The notes beneath the pieces were generated by a model. The model saw only the letters and a program-made list of their open reading frames with translations, was not told the DNA's origin and made no database searches. This document shows positions 9,939-21,021 of a stretch of 64,000 nt of DNA, piece by piece (the stretch's first letter is position 1; each line of letters begins with the position of its first letter). This stretch comes from an uncultured bacterium. GTDB lineage: Bacteria > JAUVQV01 > CAWCAY01. The translations under genes and the position numbers were made by a program. The stretch spans positions 778,496 through 842,495 of the forward strand of contig CAWCAY010000003.1 in NCBI GenBank assembly GCA_963793725.1, written 5' to 3'.

Positions 9939-10367
9939 ATGAGAAGGAATCATCTGGTCGCATTGTTGATCGGTGTCATGGGCTTGGTCGTCATGCTGTT
10001 GCCGGCGGGTTGCGGTGGTGGTGACGACGGCGCGGATCCGTTGAACATCATCGGGTCCTGGCAGATCACCGCCGTCGGCTATGAGGGGATCATCCCGGCC
10101 ATCGTGGTCACGATTACCGCTCACGCGAGTCCCACCAACGTCACCGCGACGGCCACCGGGGGCGGTGATTACGTGACCGGGGTCACCGTCACCACCGAGG
10201 GGGTGCCGGGCGTGGAGTCCCCGCGCGGGATCACCATCACCGTCAACTTCAGCGACGGCTCCTGGGGGAGCTTCGCCGGCACCGTGGGTGACGACAACGC
10301 GGGCATGAGCGGCAGGTACAGCAACAGCCAGGGCTCCTCTGACACGTGGTCGGCGCGGCGGATCTAG
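9939..10367 (+). CDS. Lipoprotein of unknown function
   Basis: Internal ATG 9939 of ORF 9882..10367 is preceded by aggagga. The signal peptide MRRNHLVALLIGVMGLVVMLLPAGC carries a lipobox. Confidence 0.65.
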   Translation: MRRNHLVALLIGVMGLVVMLLPAGCGGGDDGADPLNIIGSWQITAVGYEGIIPAIVVTITAHASPTNVTATATGGGDYVTGVTVTTEGVPGVESPRGITITVNFSDGSWGSFAGTVGDDNAGMSGRYSNSQGSSDTWSARRI

Positions 10368-11959
<1,592 letters not shown>

Positions 11960-11968
11960 ATCGCGCGC

Positions 11969-12358
11969 CTATTTCTGAGGGGTGCGGATGACGGTCATTG
12001 GCCACAGTGAATGGCAATTGACGCATGCCTCACCCTGGTGATGCAGGCCAAATCCCGAGCTATTGTCCTTGCCGACGATCTGCTTAATCGGCGGGGGTTG
12101 GTACATCCTCCCCTTGACGGAGTAGTCCTTCTCATCAGGCGCACCCATGGGAATCGCAGTCTCGCCGTCATCCTTGCCTTCGCTGTTGAGGTCCAGAACC
12201 ATCGCCGGCCGCCAAAGCATGCTTTCGTGCATGGCATCCTGGTTGAGGACCAGCGGGCCCGGGGCGGAGTTCTGCAAAGCATCAATAGCCAGCGAGGGAG
12301 AGGTGAAACATACCGAAAGCACCAGCGCTGTCGCCAAAATCGCGGTTCGATTGTGCAT
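11969..12358 (-). CDS. Small secreted protein with a single CXXCH haem-binding motif (cytochrome c-like)
   Basis: Internal ATG 12358 of ORF 11969..12463 is preceded by ggagg. The signal peptide is MHNRTAILATALVLSVCFTSPSLA. The motif GEACVNCH lies near the C-terminus. The gene sits in a lower-GC patch. Confidence 0.5.
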   Translation of the reverse strand: MHNRTAILATALVLSVCFTSPSLAIDALQNSAPGPLVLNQDAMHESMLWRPAMVLDLNSEGKDDGETAIPMGAPDEKDYSVKGRMYQPPPIKQIVGKDNSSGFGLHHQGEACVNCHSLWPMTVIRTPQK

Positions 12359-12704
12359 ATGAGCCTCCGCAAGATTCGTGCATGAACGAGACATCCAGGA
12401 AGGTTCGCTCTCCGATATTCCCGGATGCTCATTATGGTCATCTCTTCCGGCGGCCTTGGGCATCGGTTTCTGTCCGAAACACGACCTGCTTCTTGTCTGA
12501 TTCCTGCAACGGTGTTTGTCCTATGAACCGGAAGGGGTGAGCCACAAACGTTTACCGATGCGCTCGCAGTCTATGCTCGTGAGCTATGCTCCAATTACTC
12601 GCTGACCGTGCCCTTTGATCCGGAGGATCAGGTCAAGAAGCCCACGGCCAGCCGCATCGAGTCAGCCGGGCAGTTCTTCAGACGGAAGACGGCTGTGGTC
12701 ACCT

Positions 12705-13490
12705 TCAGCCGCCCCACTCGGCGAGACAGGCGCGGATGTAGGCCACGATCCAGTCGTGCTCGGCGGCTCCGTTCCCGGTGACCGGCATCGGCGGGGCGAA
12801 GCGGAAGCGCACCGGGCGGGACGGATCGAGCCTTCCGAGGTCCTTCAACTTCTTGCCGTTCCGCCAGGCGTCGGAGCGCAGCGCAATCGGCTGGACGCGG
12901 ACCCCGGCACGACGGGCAAGCTTGACGCCCAGCGTGTTGAAGTTCTCCGGCTCGAACCTGACCGAGCGCACCGCTTGGGGGAAGATGATCATCGAGATGC
13001 CGGCTGCCAGGCGCGCGCTGCCCCCCTCCATCACCGCGGCGTAGTCCTCGCGGGCGTTGACGCGCCCGACCGTCACCGGGTCCCGGGCGCGCATCACGTG
13101 GCCGAAGATCGGGTAGGTGGTCAGGCTCTCCTTGACGACGAAGGTGACCGGCTTGATCGGGGCGATCAGCGACGGCAGCAGGAAGGTTTCCAGCGTGCTC
13201 ATGTGGTTGCCGATGAAGACCACCGGGCCGTCTTCGGCCCGCACGTGCTCCAGGCCCTCGATGCGGATGTCGACTCCGCAGGCACGGAGCACGTCCATGA
13301 TCTCGACCGAGGACTTGACCCACTCGGCGGTGTCGTACTCCCCCCGCTTGGCCTTGCGGCTGGCCCGCCAGACGATGTCGAACATCGGCGGGTAGAGCAG
13401 GACGGGGAGGCCAACGCCGCGCGACAGCGCGCAGGCGAGGCGGAGCCCGAAGGGAGAGGGCGGGGCGGGCGTTCCGTTCATGCCGGCCAT
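12705..13490 (-). CDS. Lysophospholipid (1-acyl-sn-glycerol-3-phosphate) acyltransferase family protein
   Basis: Taken from ORF 12705..13508. The HX4D/E-type motif is FIGNHMSTLE, and FVVKESL, IFPQAVRS and GVRVQPIAL blocks are present. The start is taken at ATG 13490; GTG 13508 is also possible. Confidence 0.8.
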   Translation of the reverse strand: MAGMNGTPAPPSPFGLRLACALSRGVGLPVLLYPPMFDIVWRASRKAKRGEYDTAEWVKSSVEIMDVLRACGVDIRIEGLEHVRAEDGPVVFIGNHMSTLETFLLPSLIAPIKPVTFVVKESLTTYPIFGHVMRARDPVTVGRVNAREDYAAVMEGGSARLAAGISMIIFPQAVRSVRFEPENFNTLGVKLARRAGVRVQPIALRSDAWRNGKKLKDLGRLDPSRPVRFRFAPPMPVTGNGAAEHDWIVAYIRACLAEWGG

Positions 13491-13663
13491 GTCGCCGGAT
13501 GATAACACATCCTCTCTGTGAGGGCCGGATTCGATCGATCGCCAGGCGATCGAGGGAGTTCCCCAAGCGGCAGCGGCGGCCGGCGCTTGACAGGGGCGGC
13601 GGGATCACGATACCCTCGCTTTGCCCCGCACTGCCGCGGGGGAACAAATTAGGAACCACGCCG

Positions 13664-15319
13664 GTGCGCGTCGCCGTCATAGTCCCGAGGATGAGCCCCG
13701 GGGAGAAGGCCAACTACACATACTTCTTCCCTCTTGGTTTGGCCTATATCTCCTCCGTGCTTCGCCGGGCGGGCCATCAGGTCTCCTGCCGCAACCTCAA
13801 CCACGACGACGGACCCACCGGGGAACTGGTGGCCGACTTCCTGCGAGAGGATGACCATGACGTTCTCTGCACCGGCGGCATCTCCACGATCTATCGCGAG
13901 ATCCGTTCCATCGTGGAGGCCGCCCGCCGCGCCTGCCCGTCCACCAAAGTCATCCTGGGAGGGGGGCTGATCTCCAGCGAACCGGAACTCATGTATGGCG
14001 CGCTGCATCCCGACTTCCAGGTGTTGGGCGAGGGCGAGGAGACGATCGAGGCGCTGGTGGACTGCCTGGCCAATGGCGGCGATCCGTCGACGGTGGCCGG
14101 CATCGGCTTAGGGGACGTCGACGGGCGGTACATCCAGACCCCGCCCCGCGATCCGATCAAGGATCTGGACTCCCTCCCGCTGCCCGATTTTCAGGGGCTC
14201 GGGTTCGACACCTACCTGGAGCACCTTCACCCCAGCGACCACAACATGCTGGACATCGATGATCACCCGCGGATGTATCCCATCGTCTGCAGCCGCTCCT
14301 GCCCCTATCTTTGCACGTTCTGCTATCACCCCCTGGGCAACCGCTACCGGCAGCGTTCCCTCGATTCGATCCTGGAAGAACTATCGGTGATGGTCCCCCG
14401 CCACCACATCAACATCATCGGCATCTACGACGACCTCTTCACTCACAGGCGGGACCGGCTCCACGAGTTCTGCGCCCGGATCAAGGAACTGTTCGCGCGC
14501 ATCCCCTGGCGGGTGGGCTGGTTCTGCCAGATGCGGGTGGACGGCGTGGATGACGAGATCCTGGAGATGATGCGTGACGCCGGCTGCTACGGCCTGGGCT
14601 ATGGCTTCGAGAGTTTCAGCCCGGCGGTGCTGGCCAGCATGAAGAAACAGATCACCCCTGCCAAGATCGAGCACGCCGTGACGACGACGATGGCCCATCG
14701 CCTCAGTCTCCAGGCCAACTTCATCTTCGGCGACCGGGCCGAGACCCTGGCCACGGCCGAGGAAACCCTCTCCTACTGGCGGCGGACACGCGCAAGCGGC
14801 ATCCTACTCTCCTTCATCAATCCCTATCCGGGGAGCGCGATCTACGAACACTGCTTGGCGCGCGGGATCATCGCCGAGCGGCTCGACTTCATCGCCAACC
14901 ACATTTGCGACGTGTTCAACATGAGCGACACGATGACCGACGACGAGTTCCAGCGGCTGAAGGTGCGGGTGGCCACCGCGGAACTGCGCCACACCGTCTA
15001 TGCCGTCCCCCGGGCCGTCACCCGCGCCCCTGATGGAACCTTCACGCTGCGCTTCACCTGCCCCCACTGCCGGGAGACGGTCACCTATGGCAACTACCTG
15101 ATCGAGGTGCCCGGCAATTTCCGTTTCCCGGTTTACTGCCGGGCCTGCCGCAAGCGGTATTTCGCCGTGTCGCGCCTCAACCGCCTGAAGTTCCGAGTGG
15201 TTTCCGTGCTGTACGCGCTGGTTCCCGAGGCGCTGATGGCCGTGCTCATCGAGCGCTACCGGCGGGTCCACCTGGCCGTCCTGAAGCGATTCCCATGGAT
15301 GCGCTCTATCTGGCCATGA
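13664..15319 (+). CDS. B12-binding domain radical SAM protein with C-terminal zinc-ribbon and TM tail
   Basis: Taken from ORF 13499..15319, with GTG 13664 giving VRVAVIVPRMSP..FFPLGLAYISSVLRRAGHQV, a B12-binding-domain-like start. The radical SAM motif is CSRSCPYLCTFCYH. CPHC...CRAC lies near the C-terminus, followed by a hydrophobic helix. Confidence 0.85.
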   Translation: MRVAVIVPRMSPGEKANYTYFFPLGLAYISSVLRRAGHQVSCRNLNHDDGPTGELVADFLREDDHDVLCTGGISTIYREIRSIVEAARRACPSTKVILGGGLISSEPELMYGALHPDFQVLGEGEETIEALVDCLANGGDPSTVAGIGLGDVDGRYIQTPPRDPIKDLDSLPLPDFQGLGFDTYLEHLHPSDHNMLDIDDHPRMYPIVCSRSCPYLCTFCYHPLGNRYRQRSLDSILEELSVMVPRHHINIIGIYDDLFTHRRDRLHEFCARIKELFARIPWRVGWFCQMRVDGVDDEILEMMRDAGCYGLGYGFESFSPAVLASMKKQITPAKIEHAVTTTMAHRLSLQANFIFGDRAETLATAEETLSYWRRTRASGILLSFINPYPGSAIYEHCLARGIIAERLDFIANHICDVFNMSDTMTDDEFQRLKVRVATAELRHTVYAVPRAVTRAPDGTFTLRFTCPHCRETVTYGNYLIEVPGNFRFPVYCRACRKRYFAVSRLNRLKFRVVSVLYALVPEALMAVLIERYRRVHLAVLKRFPWMRSIWP

Positions 15320-15355
15320 TCCCGGGAGCCGACACGATGCCCGCCACGACGCCGT

Positions 15356-16789
15356 GTGCCGCGTGAGGCCGTCGTGAATCGTATCCCCCCGTTAGAAGGG
15401 CGCTTCCTGGGGGTCCTTTCCGTGGCCGCCGCGCTGACAGCCAATCCCTGGTTCCTGACGTATGTCCTGTCGCCGGACGGCCGCATCGACTCGCTGCCGG
15501 TGCGGAGCGCCGTCTGGTCATTTCCGGCCATCTGGCTCCTGCTGGGCCTGCTCCTGCTGGGGGGGAAGCTCCGCCCCCCGCGCCCGGCGGTCAACGTGCT
15601 GCTGGTCCTGCAGAGCGTGATCGTCTCGGCCGGGCTGCTGGTGGCGGTCGACGTTGCTTTTGGCCTGCTGGTCCACCGTGCCGCTCCCGGGCTCGTCTTT
15701 CCGCCCAATTCCCACCAGCGTTATCTGACCGACGAGTTTGACTGCCGGGCCGACATCAACAGCCTCGGTTTTCGCGACCGCGAGTATCCCGTTGCCGGGC
15801 GCGGCCGGGTGAGGATCCTGGCCCTGGGAGACTCCTTCACGTTCGGCTGGGGCGTGTCTCTCGACGAGACCTGGTGCAAGATCCTGGAAGGTGACCTCCG
15901 CCGGAGTCGCCCGGAGGTGGAGATCTTGAACCTGGGTCGCCCCGGCGCCACGACGACCGACTACGCCCGGATCGCCACCGCCGCGATCCCATTGCTGAGC
16001 CCTGACCTGGTGCTCGTCTGCGTGCTGCAGGGTGACGATCTCTGGTCGCTGCTGGACACTTCCGCCTCGGGCACGCCGGGTCAGGCCGGACCCACGCTGG
16101 CCGGCTACCTGCGGCAGACGGCCGACCTGTTGCTGCGGCGTTCCAACCTGGTGAGCTACATGAAAGCCCGGGGGGTGCTCCGGCTGGCATCCTCGGTAGA
16201 AGCCGCCTGGAGTGACCAGGCCGCCGAACTGGTCTCGTCCCTGGACCAAGACCAGCACGCTCGGTTCGAGCGCATGGCTCCTGACGCCCGCGCGTCATTC
16301 CTGGCCGGGCGGCTGAACCCCCACCTGGTGGCCAATGCCCTGCGGCACCCGGAGGCGCTCATCCAGGTCGCCGACCTTGCGCATCCCAGGGTGGCGGGCG
16401 CCATCGCCACGATGGCCGCCGACTTGGCCGCCATCGGACGCGCTGCCGCTGGCGTCGGCGCCCGGGCGGTGGTGGTCTCCGTCCCCTACGGGTACTGCCT
16501 CTGCCCATCGGAGACGGCGCGCTTCGTCGAACTCGGCTTCGATCCCCTCCCCATGCCGTCCACGGGCGACCCCATGGACCAAGCCATCGCCCGTGCCGCC
16601 GCGACCGCGGGGCTCCCATTCCTCTCGGTGACCTCCCAATTAAGGGAGGCTTGCGACGCGGGGGCGGTCCTCTTCTTCCCCCGGGACCGGCACTTCAACC
16701 GCGACGGGAACCGTACCTTCGCCCGGGCGCTGCTGCCAGCGATGGATTCATCCCTGCCTCCCCCCGGCGGCGAAGTGCATGGGCGATAG
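15356..16789 (+). CDS. SGNH/GDSL-type hydrolase with N-terminal TM segments
   Basis: 477-aa ORF. Block I is ILALGDSFTFGWG, block II is LNLGRPGATTTD, and the C-terminal block is FFPRDRHFNRDGN. It is a paralogue-like relative of the protein at 3281..4384. Confidence 0.7.
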   Translation: MPREAVVNRIPPLEGRFLGVLSVAAALTANPWFLTYVLSPDGRIDSLPVRSAVWSFPAIWLLLGLLLLGGKLRPPRPAVNVLLVLQSVIVSAGLLVAVDVAFGLLVHRAAPGLVFPPNSHQRYLTDEFDCRADINSLGFRDREYPVAGRGRVRILALGDSFTFGWGVSLDETWCKILEGDLRRSRPEVEILNLGRPGATTTDYARIATAAIPLLSPDLVLVCVLQGDDLWSLLDTSASGTPGQAGPTLAGYLRQTADLLLRRSNLVSYMKARGVLRLASSVEAAWSDQAAELVSSLDQDQHARFERMAPDARASFLAGRLNPHLVANALRHPEALIQVADLAHPRVAGAIATMAADLAAIGRAAAGVGARAVVVSVPYGYCLCPSETARFVELGFDPLPMPSTGDPMDQAIARAAATAGLPFLSVTSQLREACDAGAVLFFPRDRHFNRDGNRTFARALLPAMDSSLPPPGGEVHGR

Positions 16790-16830
16790 AGTGTGCGCCG
16801 CAGGCTGGCGCCGGGGCACGGACGGTCGAT

Positions 16831-18333
16831 CTACAGCAGGTCCGACTTGTTGGGGTTGTAGCAGATGAACAGGCCCTGGTAGGCGAGCAGCCCCCGCAGC
16901 AGGCGCGTGACGCCGTAGAGCAGCGTTGGGACGCACCGCAAGGGGCCCTTGCGGAGGAACGGGAAGACGATCGCCAGCGGGATGGCGGTCACCGACCTCC
17001 GCTTCACGACCCAGCCGGTCCTGGTCAACAACCGGCGCATCGTCGCCAGCGTGAAGTTGTGCAGATGGGTGACGTCCAGCAGCCCCTTCGTGTGGGTCGG
17101 GAAGCGGCCCGCCAGGACATTCAGGCGGACATAGAGGTTGGCGACATTCGGCAGCGACACGTAGAGCAAACCCTCCCGTTTCAGGTGGCGCTTCAGCTTG
17201 GAGAGGACGATCTCCGGGGAGAGCAGGTGCTCCAGGACGTCGGTGGCCACGATGACGTCGTAGTCCCTCTCCAGCGGCAGCGCATCCAGGTTGTCGAGGT
17301 CTCCGGTGATGATCTTCCGGCAGTAGGGACGCGCGGCATCCACGGCGAAGGCGTCGATCTCGATCCCGTCGACGACGGCGCCCGCCTCGCTCAGGCGCCG
17401 CGTCAGCGAGGCGTCGCCGACCCCAAGCTCGAGCACGCGGAGACCCTGCAGCCGGTTCTCGCACAGCCAGGACCAGATGATCGAGTGGCTCGAGTAGGGA
17501 TCGTCGAACTTCTCGAAGTAGCGGCGCCCCCGCCGGGCCACGTCGTACCGGCGGCTGTAGACGATCCCGTGGCGGTGCATCCGGAAGGAGAGCGAGGAGA
17601 GGACGCAGTTGAGCGCGTAGATCGTCCCGTTGACCCTGCAGATCTCGTCCCCGTAGTAGGTGGGGATGGGGACCTCCGCGATGCGTGCCCCGTACTGCAG
17701 GGCCTGGAGGAGGATCTGGGTGTCGAAGTGCCATTCGTCGGAGTTCTCCCAGAAAGGGATGTCGCGGAGGAAGCCGACGCTGTATGCCCGGTATCCCGAG
17801 TGGAATTCCGACAGCGACATGCCGGTGATCAGGTTCTCCATCTTGGTGAGCACGATGTTGCCGGCGTACTTGTACTTCGGCATCCCACCGCGGAGGGCGT
17901 CCCCCCTGTTGACCATCCGGGAGCCGAAGACGACTTCCGCCTCGTCGTTGACCAGCGGCTCGAGAATCGAGGGGAGCAGTTCGGGGGCGTACTGGCCGTC
18001 GGCGTGGAGCATCACCACGATGTCGAGATCGTGATCGATGGCCCACTGGTAACCGATCTTCTGGTTGCCGCCGTAGCGCCGGTTGACCCGGTTGCGGATC
18101 ACCACCACCTTCTGGCGGTCGGCGCCGAAGCCGAGCGCCCTGTCGACCGTGTCATCGGTGCTGCAATCGTCGACGACGAAGCAGACCGTGATCTCCCGCC
18201 AGACATCCTCCGGGATGCGCTCCAGCGTATGCTCGATGTGGCTCTCGGCATTGTAGGCGATGACGAAGATGCCGATCCGCTTGCCGTGGGCGCGGAACGG
18301 GCCCGGCGTCGGCGCGCGGTCGGTGTGCGGCAT
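16831..18333 (-). CDS. Fusion of a GT2-family glycosyltransferase and a class I SAM-dependent methyltransferase
   Basis: Taken from ORF 16831..18417, with the start MPHTDR at 18333. The GT2 N-terminus reads IGIFVIAYNAESHIEHTL..VVDDCSTDDT..MLHADGQY. The methyltransferase half reads LRVLELGVGDASLTRRL..VDGIEID..DVIVATDVLEHL. Confidence 0.85.
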   Translation of the reverse strand: MPHTDRAPTPGPFRAHGKRIGIFVIAYNAESHIEHTLERIPEDVWREITVCFVVDDCSTDDTVDRALGFGADRQKVVVIRNRVNRRYGGNQKIGYQWAIDHDLDIVVMLHADGQYAPELLPSILEPLVNDEAEVVFGSRMVNRGDALRGGMPKYKYAGNIVLTKMENLITGMSLSEFHSGYRAYSVGFLRDIPFWENSDEWHFDTQILLQALQYGARIAEVPIPTYYGDEICRVNGTIYALNCVLSSLSFRMHRHGIVYSRRYDVARRGRRYFEKFDDPYSSHSIIWSWLCENRLQGLRVLELGVGDASLTRRLSEAGAVVDGIEIDAFAVDAARPYCRKIITGDLDNLDALPLERDYDVIVATDVLEHLLSPEIVLSKLKRHLKREGLLYVSLPNVANLYVRLNVLAGRFPTHTKGLLDVTHLHNFTLATMRRLLTRTGWVVKRRSVTAIPLAIVFPFLRKGPLRCVPTLLYGVTRLLRGLLAYQGLFICYNPNKSDLL

Positions 18334-18341
18334 GCCGGGCG

Positions 18342-20913
18342 TCAACGTTCCTCCAGGGCCAGTTCGAGATGGTCGGCCCCGCCGTCGATCGGCAGCCGCC
18401 GGCTCTTCTCGTCCCAAAGACCGACGGCCGCCGTGACCCCCCGGATGTCGAGGCCTCCGGGCACCGGGATGCAGTAACGGTCGTCGATCAGCTCACCCTT
18501 CTTCCACTCGGAGATCTCCACCGGAGGCTGGTGATCAGCGCGAAACGCCGTCGCGCCGTCCTTCATGAAGTGCACGAAGACGCCGTAGTCCTTCCCCGTG
18601 AGCCGCACCGATTCCCAGGACAGGTCGAGGCAGGCTTCCCTGGTGTCTTCCGTCTCCCGGACCGCCCATCTCCAGCCCCGCAGCCGGATGTCCCCGTTGA
18701 AGACGGCGCCGATGGGCCGGCCGGCGGGATACTCCGTCGCCAGGCGCCGCTCGATCTCCTCCGCGGCCTGGCGCTCGCCGAGGGCCCGGCGGCAGGCGGC
18801 CATCCTGATCAACGGTGCCGAGCGGTTGGGGGCCGTGGCCGCTGCCTGGCCGAAGACCGCGGCCGCAGCCCGGTACTCCCCGGCCCGCTGGAGCAGGACG
18901 GCGCGGATCCAGGCCTCGTCGAAGGCCGAAACCTGCCTCGGCCGGTCGAGTGTCTCCCGGAGGAAGCCGGCCAGTTCCTTCCTCCCTCCCGGCGCCCACG
19001 TCACCGCCGCCCGGTCCAGGTCGAGGCGGTCTAGCAGCAGCATAGAGTGCTCGTGGCCCGGGTTCCCCTTTTCGGTGGCGCCGGTCACCGCCGCCGAGAC
19101 CGCAAGCGAGGCGGCCAGCGCCCCCATGAGAAGCCCGGCGCGGGGGCTTTTCCGGAGGCGGCTGGTCAGGAGCCACAGGGTCGCGACGTAGACGGCCAGG
19201 ATTGCCAGGTGATGGACATAGCCGCCGGGGGTCGGGAAGGGGCGGGCGAGGCGGTGAAAGACCGGGTTGACCATCTCGGAGGCATGCGGCACCCCGAAGA
19301 GGAAGCCGTAGTCGGCCATGTCGTTGACCAGCAGCACGAAGGGGAGGATCGAGAGCGAGGCGAGGGCCATGAACCACCATCGGGCGGCACGGCCGGAGTC
19401 GTCGAGGACGGACGCCCCGATCGCGGCGAAGAGCGGGGCGACGACGACGAGGTACCTCCCGGGGAGCGAGGCGCCCCCGTCGAAGCCGGTGTTGGTGCAG
19501 GCGGAGAGCATGACCGCGGACATTTGGACGAAGGCCAAGGCGGACAGGAACCGCGCCCGCCCGCGGCCCTGGATCAGGACCACGGCGGCGGCGGGAAGGA
19601 GCCACAGGAAGGAGGCCAGCGTGGTCAGGATTCCCCGGCCGGACGTGAGGACGTACAGCATCCCCTGGGGGAAGTTGAACAAGTGGCCGACGAAGAATCC
19701 GTATGGGTTCCCCCCCTCGAACAAGCTGGTACTGCACCGCGAAGTAGAGACCGTAGCCGGCCGTGCCCAGCAGCAGCAGGAGCCCGCTGCGAATCCAGGC
19801 CCGGCGGTCGCGCCGGTCGGGAGCCAGGGCGAGCAGGATGTACCCGGCGATGCCGATCGGCGCCGCGGCCAGGAACCGGGCGTGCATCCACGGGAGGGAA
19901 GCGGCAGCCGCCCCGGCGAGGATGAGCGACAGCCGCGGCCGCTTCTGCTGGAGGAACGCGGCCAGGGTCAGCCATGCCAGCAGCGAGGCGCCCGCGACCT
20001 CCGGGAGGGCCCGGGAGGAGTAGACGCCCCAGAGCAGGCTGGTCCCGAGGAGGATCGTCGCCAGGGCCGCCGAGGCGATGCTCGAGCCGATGGCCCGCGC
20101 CAGCAGGAAGGTCGCGGCAAGCCCTGCGCCGGAGAGGAGGGCGAGCACCAGGTGCCGGCCGACCACGCCGAACGGGGCCGCCGGGGCCATCAGCAGGGCG
20201 ATGCCGAAGGGGTGCCAGGAGTACCACGCCCCGGCCCGCGAACTCGGGCTGACGTGGACGTACATCCGCAGTTCCTCTCCCAGTGGCCTCGGGAAGTTGT
20301 TGCGGATGTCCAGGTCGTGATCCCTGTAAAGGCTTTCCGCCTGGATGAGGTAGTGCCCCTCGTCGCCCGAGTGGGCGCCGGCGGTGTCGGTCAGGCGGCT
20401 CCCGACCGCGGCGTAGGAGGCCGTGAAGGCCAGGAAGAGCGCCAGCGCCGTCCGCCCGTCCATCCCCCGCCGCTCGCCTCTCCCGGCGAGCCTTTCGAAG
20501 AGGAGGAGGAGAAACAGCGACAGGCAGGCGACGGGGATGAAGAAGAGCAGGTGACCGGGAAGCGCCGGCCCGATCAGGGTCCGGAGGGGCAAAGGGAGGA
20601 ACGCCGCGGGAAGCATCGCCAGGGGCCAGGCGGCCCCGGAAAGGGAACCGGCCGGGGGAGGCCTCAGGGCCAGGAGGGCGGCGACCAGCACCGCGGCCGC
20701 GGCAACTCCGTAGAGGCCGGCGGAGAGGACCGGGAATGGAAAGACGATGACCGTGATGCCCGTCTCCCCGTCCAGCGGGATTCCCAGCAGGTCGGGGCGG
20801 CGCATCACGTAGAGGAAGAGGGACAGGCCGAAGGCCGCGGGGACCCAGGCCGACACCGCGCCGAGCCGGGCGGAGATCACCCGGCAAGCGGTTCGTGCGG
20901 CCTCTGCTGCCAT
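18342..20913 (-). CDS. GT-C-type polytopic membrane protein with a C-terminal soluble repeat (TPR-like) domain; frame broken in a C7/G7 homopolymer at 19710-19716
   Basis: The N-terminal part comes from ORF 18535..20913 (real up to ..YGLYFAVQYQLV) and includes HSGDEGHYLIQAESLYRDHDLDIRNNF. The C-terminal part is ORF 18342..19724 (FEGGNPYGFFVGHLFNFPQG..). Removing one G from the sense-strand G7 gives a continuous QLVRGGNPYGFF. Confidence 0.65.
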
Positions 20914-21021
20914 GCTCGTGCCTCCTGCCGGTTGGGAAGGTCGCGGGTCCCGTTCTGGTGCGAGGACCGCCCGATAGCGGTGAAAAACTCTACGTCAAGT
21001 CGGAGGCGAGGTCAATGGTTC

